Source of the DNA: Somniosus microcephalus
Taxonomy: Eukaryota
NCBI GenBank assembly: GCA_052327205.1
Contig: CM126212.1
Location: 201,252,001 to 201,316,000, forward strand
Direction of reading: 5' to 3'
Length of the DNA: 64,000 bases
In this document: positions 50,784 through 63,200 of the stretch, in pieces
How positions within the stretch are numbered: the first letter of the stretch is position 1
Layout: each line of letters starts with the position of its first letter
Translations under genes and position numbers: made by a program
Notes under the pieces: model-generated
What the model saw: the letters and a program-made list of their open reading frames with translations, nothing else
The model's database searches: none
What the model was told of the DNA's origin: nothing

Positions 50784-51543
50784 GGCCCAGAAACTCGGGT
50801 CGGGGGCTTCCCGCGGGTGCAAGCCCCCGACCTGCACTTACCTACCGCGCCGGCCGTTGAGCTGTGGGCCCGCGTGGGATTCCGATCCTGGGCCTGCTCC
50901 AACTGCCGGCGCGCAGTGCTTGCGTACCCCAGGGGCGCAGTTAATTCGATTCGTCCCCTGGGATCACGTGGGCCATGGAGAGCCAATGGTAGCAGGGAAT
51001 GCTTCATTCATAAATTTGACAGGAAGACCTGTCAAATCTATAAATACTATAAGCCCCAAAACATCACTAAATCTTCAAATAAATTTTTTAAAAATCACAT
51101 TTTAAAAATAAACTATAAATTACATGAAATAACTATTTTAAACAATTTAAATTTTTGAAAAAATTAATTACTTTTTCTAACGGGGCTAAAAATAAACTTA
51201 CCTTTCTTTAGAGTATTTAAAAATAATAAACCTGTGGAAAAAATGTTTTAATTTTAATTAATTCACCACTTACCTTGTAAAAAGCAGGCTTTGCGACTGC
51301 TTTTTACATGTGTAACTGCTGGAGACTTACCCTCCCGGAAAACTTGCAAAAAAAAACGTAAGTTCGATGCGCACGCGCTGCCTCTCCTGCGCACGCGTTC
51401 TACCTCTCAACCTCTTCTTTCAGGGGAACGGAAGTGCCGGTTTCCCGCGCATGCGCAGTGCATGCACAAAACCAGTACTTCCATTGGGCTTATGGGTGAG
51501 TACCCCGTGCGTACTCACCCGTGGAGACCCGACTTTCTGGGCC
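50784..51543. mobile_element. PIF/Harbinger-like MITE
   Basis: 18-bp TIR GGCCCAGAAACTCGGGTC / GACCCGACTTTCTGGGCC (1 mismatch); perfect TSD ATT. Confidence 0.85.
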
Positions 51544-52607
51544 ATTAACATGGTTGCATTTCAAAAGGTTAACAAAACCAAGACTTTTTAACTTAAAAGC
51601 TGCAGCCATCAAGATGGAAATATTTTGTAAAATGTTTTAAAATTGGAGATGTTTGAGCATTAATGGTTCCAACCTTTGCATTTTGATATGTAAATGTTCT
51701 TATGTTTTTGAAATTTGGAATAGTACAGATATATTTTGGAATTTAGATGTGTGAAACTTGAATTCTAAAAATGTAACCGCAATAAAATGAGTTATAGTTA
51801 TTTGAAATATAATCTTAGAGAAACATATTTCAGACACAGTTGAAAATACATCATTTTAGATCAAGTATTGCTCTGTAATAGGGAAAATTGACGGTGTCAA
51901 CAAGATATTTTGCAGTGCCTGTTACTTTCTTTCAGTGCCTTTCTGTTGAATTATGCCTAAACATTTTGAGGAACCAGCATGCAATTAATATCAAAAATCC
52001 CAGAAAATGTGGAGGACGGCTCTATTATTTTCAGAACAAACCAAGATTAGAAATTTCACATGGCAGCCAACTCCATAATGCAGCATGCATATGAAATTGA
52101 ATTAGAAAATAGATAATGTGTGGATATTTAAACTGACATTTAAAAGGATGATGCCCTCAGTACAAAAATATCAGAAATACATACCAATTTATGTAACTTA
52201 ATGCAGAAACTCTGATGCAAATAAAATATTCTGTGAGTCAAACTTGGCTAATTTTGAAGGGGTGCTGTAATAATTTGACGAGCTCCTTAAACAAAATTCA
52301 GAAGTCTTAAAAATAAGCAGATATTGTAACCTAATGGTAAGTAATGTCATGACAAGTATCATGCAGCCCAAATTCCAACTATCCAAGCAGGACAAGCCAC
52401 AAACATCACACTACATTGTACTTATAAATGGGAATAATGAAACAGGTTGGGAATATTTAATAGAAATGGGCTCATAATCTGATAAAATAGATGCTAAATT
52501 CTGAGACATTTTAAAACCAAAAGTTTTACTGTAAATAGTTCGATGTGGAAAATGTAATGCTGCCTTTATTGGAGAAACAAATACATTGCTACAAGACAAT
52601 ACGTCCT

Positions 52608-53258
52608 AGCATTAATGCCTGGTTGAAAGTAAAAGAATTCCAAATTGGCAGCATACCCAAAGGAAATGAAGCATATGGCCAATTTTGAAGTGTCAGCCGT
52701 GGCTTAGTGGGTAGCACTCTCGCCTCTGAGTTAGAAGATTCTGTGTTCAAGTCCAACTCCAGAGACTTGAGCACACAATCTAGGCTGACACTCCAGTGCT
52801 GCACTGTCAGGTGCCGTCCTTCGGATGAGATGGTAAACCGAGGTCCTGTCTGCCCTCTCAGGTGGACATAAAAGATTCCATGGCACTATTCAGAAGAAGT
52901 GCAGAGGACTTAACCTCAGTGACCCGGCCAATATTTATCCCTCTACAGATTATCTGGTCATTATCACATTGCTGTTTGTTGGACAAATTGGCTGTGCGTT
53001 TCCTACATTATAACAGTGACTACACCCCAAAAGTACTTCATTGGCTGTAAAGGGCTGAGGTAACGTGCACTATATAACTGCAAGTTCTTTCTTTAAGGTA
53101 GTAAAAGCAATTTATAGAATACAAATGGAAACGAGCAAAAGGCTTTGGTACCATTCTCAATCCCATTACACAAAATAACAGCATTAATACCTGGTTGAAA
53201 GTAAAAGAATTCCAAATTGGCAGCATACCCAAAGGAAATGAAGCATAGGGCCAATTTT
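52608..53258 (+). repeat. 79-bp direct repeat pair (52608-52686 and 53180-53258)
   Basis: agcattaatRcctggttgaaagtaaaagaattccaaattggcagcatacccaaaggaaatgaagcataKggccaatttt; 2 mismatches. Confidence 0.9.
52690..53094 (+). mobile_element. DeuSINE/SacSINE1-like SINE, near full length
   Basis: A box tggcttagtgg, B box gttcaagtcc, core gtgccgtccttcggatgagatggtaaaccgagg, tail ctatataactgcaagttctttc. Confidence 0.8.
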
Positions 53259-53259
53259 A

Positions 53260-53349
53260 AAGGTCATCGACCTGAAACATTAACTCTGTTTCTCTCTCCA
53301 CAGATGCTGCCTGACCTGCTGAGTATTTCCAGCATTTTCCATTTTTATT
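53260..53349 (+). mobile_element. Short terminal fragment of a probable Penelope-like repeat
   Basis: aggtcatcgacctgaaacattaactctgtttctctctccacagatgctgcctgacctgctgag resembles a common shark repeat end as I recall it. Confidence 0.5.
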
Positions 53350-54100
53350 AACATAAAATAACTTGCTGTACCACCTGAGTGAATATTAGCTGTGGTCCCC
53401 CGTGGTTCCACAGCCTCTTTTTTAAAATCTTAACCAAATTCATACACAAGTGCAACAAATATATAAGTAAAAGATTTGTCACTTTCTGAAAACAACAAAG
53501 GGGAAGGCAAACAGTGACGTATCCAGAAGAAACTTGCACCTAATTCTTCAACAGGATGTTGTGAATTGTGATGCCCAACTATGTGAGGCAGGTTTGGTTA
53601 CCTGTCCAGCACTTTCATATGTTTGTATGATGGGAGAGAATGATTACTCACAGTGGAAGAACTGTAAATCCACCCTGCTGCTATCTATTACTGCAATCCT
53701 GACCTCAGCCTTGTAATGAGTGGAAATGTATTGCTCTAATTACTCTTTGACTCCTTGGCCTCTCTTGCTCTAATACATTCTGTTAACTTGTTGGAGGTAC
53801 TGCTTCCATTTTGTTAGTTTCTTTGCATCATACCATGGTACTGTATGATTCTAATCACACCAGCAGTTGTATTGGGTTTGATTTATTATACCAGCTGGCT
53901 GTGTAGACTATTACTGTGCAGTTTCCAAACCATACACCAGAATTGGACATTTTAAATGTAGACTTACATTTCTAAAATGCTAGAAACTAAATTTCATTTT
54001 TTATGTGCAAATTTGGGGGTGAAAAAATAATTTGGCTGGATACCCTCTCTTGACAGGATCTCGGTTGCTCTCGTTCTCGTTCTGCCCCCAACGGGGTTTT

Positions 54101-54154
54101 TCCCCATGGTTTTCTCTCTTCTCCCCATGGTTTTCTCTCTTCTCCCCATGGTTT
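54101..54154. repeat. Tandem repeat, 21-bp unit tccccatggttttctctcttc, 2.5 copies
   Basis: Read directly from the sequence. Confidence 0.85.
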
Positions 54155-54499
54155 GGCTCCAGTAGGTTAGTTAATTATTTGTGGACATAAGTATAAAACT
54201 AGCAGACTGCATTATAGTCTGTTTTATTAAAAATAGCAAACGGAGGAAGATATTGGGGTAGAAATTTCTATTTGCGTACAGATTGGGCAATAATGGCACA
54301 GTGCAAGAAATCCCATTGACTTTTCTTGCATGCAGTTTGCATCTCGGATTTGGTATTAACTCAAATTGCCTAATCTGACATGGCTCTCATCTACTACCGG
54401 AGGAAGTGTTCGCACAGCTGATGGGAATTTAAAAGCTTGTAGTAGCCATTTAGGGCTGCATTCTTGTCTGCAAGCCAAGGGAAGAGGTTTACCATAAAA

Positions 54500-55056
54500 T
54501 CATAGTATGGTTACAGCACAGAAGGAGGCCATTGAGCCCGTGCCGGCTCTCTGCAAGAGTACTTCAGCTAGTCCCACTGCCCCGCCCTTTCCCTGTAGCC
54601 CTGCAAATTCTTTTCCTTCAGGTACTTGTCCAGTTCCCTTTTAAAAGCCATGATGATTGAGTCTGCCTCCACTACCCTTTCAGGCAGTGCATTCCAGATC
54701 CTAACCACTCACTACGTAAAAAAGTTTTTTCTCGTGTCGCCTTTGGTTCTTTTGCCAATCACCTTAAATCTGTGTCCTCTGGTTCTCGACCCTTCCGCCA
54801 CTGGGGACGGTTTCTCTCTATCTACTCTGCCTAGACCCCTCATGATTTTGAACACCTCTATCAAATCACCTCTCAACCTTCTCTGCTCTAAGGAGAACAA
54901 CCCCAGCTTCTCTAATCTATCCACGCAACTGAAGTCCCTCATCTCTGGAATCATTTTTGTAAATCTTTTCTGCACCCTCTCTAAGGCCTTTACATCCTTC
55001 CTAAAGTACGGTGTCCAGAATTGGACATAATACTCCAGTTGAGGCCGAACCAGTGT
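54500..55056 (-). mobile_element. CR1 LINE 3' fragment
   Basis: TLVRPQLEYYVQFWTPYFRKDVKALERVQKRFTKMIP...RGDLIEVFKIMRG. Confidence 0.9.
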
Positions 55057-56784
55057 CACTGACATATTCCTGCAGAATGGAGCAGTGTCGTCCATACACA
55101 TCCAGATTTGCAGACCTGAATGAAGGATGGGTACTTTCTTTGGCACTAAAAAGGGGACTCTCCCAGTAAAGACTGGAGATAGCTGATTGAATGGTGTCAG
55201 CAACACTCGGTTGAGGAGTAAGATTATACACCTCAAGAAAGGTAACAAGATAAGGCTACTTGACGGTTTCTTGTACCGAGTAGCTGCCACAAAGTGTCTC
55301 CTTAACTCCTGTTACTCTTTTACTGCTGCCCCATCAAATCATTCATGCAGCCTTACTGCCTTTTGATTGCTTGTCATGCATAGTCATACTCTGCTTGTGC
55401 ACAAATACAAGCTGCAACATATAATTGAAATGTCACATGGAAGTCTTGGGGGCTTTATCCAGCAAAAATGTTCTAATACAACCTAACCGTGTGATGCTTG
55501 TTCATTTACTGACATATAGGATCGGTACTTGTATCACTGTGAGGTAGTTTCATAATGGTGAACCCAGTAGTGGAGAGAGAGCTACATCCTTGTGATTCCA
55601 ATTTTCCGCTCCGAGCCTCTTGCTGCTGAGGCACTGATCCAGGAGCAAAACTTCACAAAATTGCCCTCTGTATGTCCTCTTCCAATCTGAACATCTCAAG
55701 ACTACTTTTAGATTCAGAAGAGGGATATTGAAAGTTAGAGTGGGATTAGACTAGGTGGCCCGTGGAGAAATACATTACCACAGATTTGAGGGGCCGAATA
55801 GCCTGTTTCTGTACTGCAACATTTTATATGATCACTACAGATATCGGGAATAATTAATGGGGAGCTATAGTATATGACTTTTTTTGAACTGGCCATTTGT
55901 AAAAAAAAAAACCCACCTAGGTTCATATAGATTATATTTGTAAAATGTAATTTTTAAATTATTTTCATATGTTTTATTTTAATATATGCAGAGTGAGCTG
56001 TTATGTAATATTCTCCATTTGATAATGTGAGTAGTCTAATATTTTTCTCTCCAGGGGGAAGTGCCCGGTATCTTAAAGATTCTCAATATGGATAGTCGGT
56101 GTTTAATTCATATTCTGCAGTACTGAGTAGAACTCCTGGGACTTTTTATCTTTGTGACTTAGTTACATGTAGAACATTTCAAATCCATGTTCAAATAGGT
56201 TTCTAGCTAATAGTTGAAAATAAAACCCTGTATTTTAGTACTTGATTGTTGTATGTCAGACCATAAGTGCTAATATAGTGCATTCAGGCTTGCAATTACA
56301 GGGAAAATACAACCTTTCGAAAATAATTCCACACTTCAGAGCCTACCAAGTATGGAATTATCTCCAAGTCTGAAAGACACAGATAAGAGCGTTCAGCCAG
56401 TTTCTTCACCTTTAGGTACAAGAAGTACACAAATCCGTATATAGAAAGTGGGAATACGGAGTTAAGTCATGCACTATGTTTTATTTTAATTTCCATGAGG
56501 TTAGACTCACCAGTAGAAATGAAAAATGCATTGCTTAAATTTCCATCAATGTTCTCTATGGATTATTTGTGTATTTTGTTTATAACAGTTTCTGAAACGA
56601 GTAAAGTAGCAAATATTGCAGCATTTTCTTGATACTGTAATTTTCAGAACACAATTTGTATTTCATGGTTTGGAAAGCAAAGTCATCAATTTTCAAGATT
56701 TGATGTTTCCATATTAATTTGCAATATACAGTGAACTGTCACTTTTAAAGCTTTTAGCAATTTTGCAAATGATTTTATATTAAA

Positions 56785-57295
56785 CTCCTCCCACCTTGCA
56801 CACTCCGTAAACTTGAGCTCATCCAAAACTCTGCTGCCCGTCTCCTAACTCGCACCATGTCCTGTTCACCCATCACCCCAGTGCTCACTGACCTGCATTG
56901 ACTCCCAGTCCACCAACGCCTCGATTAAAAACATTCTCTCCTTGTTTTCAAGTCCCTCCCTACCTTCATAACCTCCTCCAGCTCTACAACCCTCAGATCT
57001 CTGCGCTCCTCCAATTCTGGCCTCTTGCGCATCCCGATTTTCATCATTCCACCATTGGCGGCCTTGCCTTCAGCTGCCTAGGCCCTAAGCTCTGGAGTTC
57101 CCTCCCTAAATCTCTGCCTCGTTACCTCTCTCTCCTTTTAAGACGCTCCTTAAAACCCACCTCTTTGACCAAGCGTTTGGTCATCTGTCCATATATCTCC
57201 TTAATGTGGCTCCGTCTCAAATTTTGTTTGATAACTCTCCTGTGAAGCGCTTTGGGACATTTTACTACGTTAAAGGTGCTATATAAATGTTGTTG
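56785..57295 (+). mobile_element. L2 LINE 3' end
   Basis: KLELIQNSAARLL, HITPVLTDLH, GGLAFSCLGPKLWSSLP; tail gtgaagcgctttgggac...aaaggtgctatataaatg. Confidence 0.85.
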
Positions 57296-60200
57296 TATAT
57301 TGTTTAATTTGGGTATGTTTGCAAGTTAATGTGTTTTGGACATTGACAAGTTAACAGGTTTTTTTGATTAAAATACATCATTATTTCCTTGGAGTACTTG
57401 GGATTTGATTGATAGCAATGTTTCCTTATGAGTGTGTGCCCCCCCCTGCTTTGTGTCCGAGAGTGTCAGTTTACATTATGTCGGTGTTGAAATGTAGCAA
57501 GATTATCTACAGCTGTTGATTTATGTTTGAAGGCTTAAATTTTGCTGAGTATATGATTACCAGATAAGTAAAATCCTATTTCTCTGTTGAGAATTTAGTT
57601 GATTGGAACACTTTAAAATCTGCTTTTTGTCAATGTGTATCCCTTAAATTGCATTTTGCCATGAAAAAGTATGATTTCCATAAAAGCTCAAAAAATAAGT
57701 AAATAATTACCAGCTGTTGAAACTCTTAAAGCATGTTGAGAGAAATTGAAATTAACCATAACATTTGTCATCTGTATTTCAGAACCATTTCTTGAAATTT
57801 CAGTTTTGAAAAAGTTGATGTAGATTTGCATGAATTTCCTCATTAAGCTAAAATCATTTTTGTGTTGATGCAGCCAGTGTATTTAAAAAGTAAGGGAACT
57901 GCGTACCTGCTTGTTTGCAGTACGAGATATGCCTGATAGAACAAAATTAGAAACAATAAACTGAACATCAGCATTAAGCCTCCCAATTTTTAAGTGGTAT
58001 GGGGAAATGGCGAGATGCTACAATGACAAAATTGAGCCAGTTATAATTCTCTTAGCTTTGAGCATAGACTTATGCAGTGATGCTATTAATATGTGAACAC
58101 GCTACTCTTTTCTTTGTTTGGCTGGCTTCTAAATTTTGCATGTCCTTGAGTTTTTTTTTGGTCTCCATCCTGTGTAGCTATCCAAAGATTTGGCATTTTA
58201 GCTTCAGTTCAGAATTCTCTGAAATGCAAGGAAACTAAAGGTAACCATGATGCCATGACTTGGAAATAGTAGGCTCACTACTTTGTCCTTGCTATAAAAG
58301 AGGTTCTGTGACTATTCGCCAAAGAATAAGCTGGCATGAATTGTTGATAAAGAAAATTTAGTGTTTTGCTATTGACTACTTGCCCAATTTATAGTGCTAC
58401 TGGTCTCCAATTTAAATGACCAAACAACAGCATGGGTTTATTCTTTATAGCTAATATCACGCTATTGGGCAGGGATTCACACTGTTAAAAACAGCAGTGA
58501 GCTGCATAAATAGGATTCTGAACTTTTTTAGTTTTTGCGTCATGGGCCCAAGATTTATTTATGCACAAAGCAACAACTAACGGCTGCTTTTTAGACATAA
58601 AACCATTTACTTAAAAGAATTTTTGTAAGTCAAAAAATTATTATAGCTGATCCATACCCTGTATGATGATTTGTGAGAGAACAAATTCATAGATTTATAT
58701 TTGTCTCACTTTTGAAAGTGAGTCAGATGCTAAGAATGTGATCTCAGTGACCACATTAGTTCAGCAATTATAGTAAGCTGATAATTTAATATGTGTCTTG
58801 CTGACACAATCATTGTAATAGCGTGGCTAATAGCATTGTTTACTCTGCTAATAATCTTTGTTCATAACTTTGGCATAAATTGTCAATTTCTTTGTAGTAA
58901 TCAAAATGCAAAAATATTATTTCTAATGTCAGTTACCATTGTGATATGTAAACTGTTCACATCAAAATTGTCATACCCTAATTGAGAGATGGTCTAAATG
59001 TAGTTGGAATAAGTGCGCTGTTGCAAACAAAACCAGTGCAGATTTTTGAAAGTACTGCTGCATGGTTTATCCTGCAACTGACGTAGCTAGAGTCAGTGAA
59101 GTGGGCATGCATCGGCATACTTTCTGAAGCAGGCACTGTCTTGGTTACCTTGGATTTGCTTTCCTGTATGACTGATCTTTTTCACTGAGGCAGTATTAAG
59201 GCAAGTGAAGTAATTTTCTACACAAAAATGGATTGTAATGGCGTACCAATTTGATTTTCTTTTCTCATCCCGAGTTCCTGTAAAATGCTAAGCCGAGGAA
59301 GGCCCTGTGCCAGTTTCTTGCAACGGTTCACGTTTTTGTGTTGCTGCCAGTATATTCCTAATTTGTATCCATTTGGGTGCTGCTCGTGCCAAGTACTTGC
59401 TCCCATCTGTGCTCAACACTAAAACAAATTCTTTGGAGTAGATTACAGACAGAGGGGTGCAAGGGGTGCATATGAGCAAGTCTGGGATTTATGCCAAGCT
59501 GCGACCAAACATTAAATAGACGATTAAATAAAATTCATTGTTCGTATGTCAGCATGAAAGAATATATCCGTATAATAAGGCGTAGAAGGTCTGCTGATGT
59601 ATTTGTTGTTTTTTTGTAATTTTGGAATTGTATGTGCATCCACATTGGATTGTCGAATGACATCCGCCCTTTTGAATATTAATGTAAATGAATACGAGGC
59701 TAGTTTTGTAAGGGCGTTAGCATGCATCAGAAGTGCTGCTTGTCTGTTCATCAAGGCTTGTTGTTTAAATAATTTTTTTTTGTCTGAAAAGCTCATATAA
59801 ATCATCTTTGTTTAGATTTGTCAGTAGTTATGTATCTAAGGTAGCTAGATGAAAATAGACTTTTGCATTTTTAACATCTACTTTTTTCTCCCATTTTTTA
59901 CAGTCAGTGTTCCACAAAAGAAGCTTACAGCTTCATTTTTTTGTTCTACAGAGTGAATGATGCCAAGGAAAGGATTCCCTGTCCCTATTTGGCTTGCGTT
60001 TGAAGTGCGGCAAGTATCTAGATTTTGGCAATAAAAAACATTTCAGCGTCATCTTACGATTTTTCCTTTTCTAATGAGTCGCTATGGTTTTTATGTTTCT
60101 GAGCCAAGGTTGTAAATAATACGTGTTTTTTACTAATATTTTTGCTTATAGATGTTATAACTTGTGTTGGTAGCTATGTTTTGAATTTCTTTAGGGGGAC

Positions 60201-63200
60201 ACCTTAACAAAGCCAGTGACACATTAGCTTGTGACAAAAAGAAAATATCTACAGTAAACCCTTTATTTTTTGAACTGAAAACAATGTTTTTTTTTGAAGA
60301 AGCGTTAAAATGAGTAACTGTCAGAAATTAAAATAATAACAAGGTAATTTGCTACTTGGATGGATGTAAAAAAAAGATGGCGAGTGAATGGTTCTGATCT
60401 GTCCAGGGACAATACTGCAATGCAGATGTGCATTTCAAAATATTCGTAGGACTATACCACCTTCTTGTGCTCAGATTTTCAGAAACTCTGCAGTTTGAGT
60501 TGTTTTAAAATATAGAAATAAACCCATTATGAATTTAGTATAGCTAGCATAAATACAGGGAAATTGAAAGCTGCACACACAAAACAAACATGGCTGTTCA
60601 TCGAGATGAATGATCTGGTGCAGTTAGGCTGCCAGATTTTTAATCTAAACTGTGTTTATTTAGTGAGGAGGAACTTGTTTGCTGTGCAGAAGCTATTGTC
60701 CAGTTTTATAAATTAACACAAATTAAGGAATCTAGTATTTAGATTGTAGTTTACATAGCATGTCCTTAATATATTTTAAAGTAATTATCAACCTTTTTAT
60801 GCCCATTTGTCACCTCCTTTCCCTTCAAAAATACAAACTCAAAAGTTTTTTTAAATGCCTAATAAACTGATTTTCATTACTTAGCAGGCTTAACGTGGTA
60901 GGTTCCTAATGTTAGTTAGACAATGTAAAACAAATCTTATTCGAGGAATTGTGGAAAATGTCAACCTATAAATAATGTACTATTTCTCTTATTCCATGAG
61001 AGAGAGAGGGCACCCTCTTTATGGATCTTTATTGACCATACTAGAAAAGGAGAATTCAACCTACTTCATATATTTAGGGAAGGAATCCCAGAGATTAGGG
61101 TTGAATGCATGACCACCAATGGTGGGGGCGAAAGGTGTGGGGGATGTGTAGAAAGAAGAGCTGCAGGTGTGCATTGTAAGGAAGCATGAAAAGTTAATTA
61201 TAAAGTTGTAGAAATTCAGGAATATCCATATACAAGTGTTCTCATTGAACTCTAGTAATGTAGTAAGTCACTATTAGATTAGGAGTGAATTAATATTTGG
61301 AATAGTTATGAATAGCCAACGTAACTTGACCTTGGAAATGAATCATTTTAAAAAGGCCTTTTATTGACAAAACAGGATAAATTATATAAAATTATATTGA
61401 GAACATTTGGAATTTTATAATCAGCTTTCTTATCCTGTAATTTTGGTGTTCCCCACTGCTAGGTGTTGCTGCAGCATTTATTGACTCTCCACAGTATTAA
61501 AGAGTGAACTTCAATCATCTTTTCAGAATTACTTCTTCATACTGCCTAATATGTTGAAATTCACGTGAAATAGAATTGCCTACATCTCACTCTAAATGGG
61601 TGATTTAAAAGTTGTTACTACATTCCAGTGGCAGTCATTACAAAATGTGAATTATGTGATTGACTTTTAGATCAGTGATTTTAACAACAAAAAAATTCTG
61701 TTTAGATCTAATTCTGTTTAGATCTTGATGCAATAGGTCAGCTTGCTTTCAGGTCCATGTAATTATCCACTTGATAATCTAGCTCATATCCAGAACTTAC
61801 CACGCAAGGGAATCATGTCCTACCACTTCTTGGCACACCAGTGCTCTGCACCGGAAAGCTACAGTTCATATTTTTTTTTGCCTCCCATTACTCCTGCTTT
61901 CCTGAAGGCATTGGCTCATGCTAAAGTATGATTCCCTGGGTGCCTGTTGCCCTCCAATGTATTCTCAAAATAGCTATTCTTTATGTGTGCGCCTAAGACA
62001 AATCCTGACTTCACCTTTCATGCACATATGCAGAATTTCAACAGAGGTTTGCTGCATAGCGATGAAGTTTTGTTTTCTCCTTTCCAAGCCTGGGGCACTA
62101 AGCTAGTTGCAGTGACCAATTGACTTGGTTGAAATCAGCTAACTCAAGAGATCAAACTTTCCTTCCTTGTTTGTAAGACTCAGTGCATCCCAGTCAGTAA
62201 ATTTACCCACTGAACCTTTACAGGGAGAATTATCTTTGCACAGGAAAACAAAAGTTCTATTTTGCCCTTTCAGTTTTACTCATTCGTGTTACCTCTATTA
62301 ATGAGATGTTTGCTGTATCGTGATGTTTGTTTTCTATTATGGAACAGACTGTCAATACACTACACAAGGTAAGTTTATCTGATTGTTAGTAGATTGTTAC
62401 CCAGAGCTTTATGAAAAAATATGTAATTTTTAAATTGGGATTTTTACTGTACTAGCTCTTAAACTCAATGGATATTTGAAAATACACTAAAAGGTTGATT
62501 GCACAAATAGTAAATATACAATTCTGAATTAACATGCAGCAGCCTCTATATCTTGAATGGTTCCTTGAAGAGGTGCATCATATTGGAGTAAAATCCTGCT
62601 ATTATCACTTCTTGGTGGGTAAGATGATAACTGGAATCACCTAACTCCTATACGAAGTGGTGGTAGTTTTCTACAAGAGCCTTTCTTTACAAAAAGACTT
62701 TATTTCTCTAATTAGGGGCTGTCTGTACTTTGAATCAGTTGTCAAGCATAAAGTATGCCAACTTTAAAAACATTTGAAGCCAAGTAAAAAGTCTACACTG
62801 TAAATGGTGATCAGTTTTACTTGTGGGTTTGCCAAATGCTGCACAATAGAACCATTGGGCTTTTATGTCTTAACATAGCATACTAACACTTCAACATAAG
62901 GGTTTCTCTAATACATCAGTTAAAATATAATGCCAGAGTTCTATACTGTTAACTATTCACTAGCTATTACAGCTAACATTTTCTCTGCTACCATTTGAAA
63001 AAACTACTTGTATAAATGTTTATATTAACAGTGGGTATTTTGGTGTAACAGATATTTAGAGCTTATAGTTTTTTTTGCATCAAACTGTTAATTGGTTAAA
63101 TCAGTTACAAACTTTTACATTTCTGTGTTTGCAGTAAGGGTTCCAAATTTCTTCCTTCCAGCAACCTCTAGACAGTCTAGTAAGCCCAGGTTGACAACCA

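Noticed and set aside
55533-55596. let-7 seed (TGAGGTAG at 55540) in a weak hairpin with GGAG in the loop region
   Set aside because: The sequence after the seed (TTTCATAATGG) does not match any let-7. Pairing covers only ~12 nt of the would-be mature strand, too short for a pre-miRNA.
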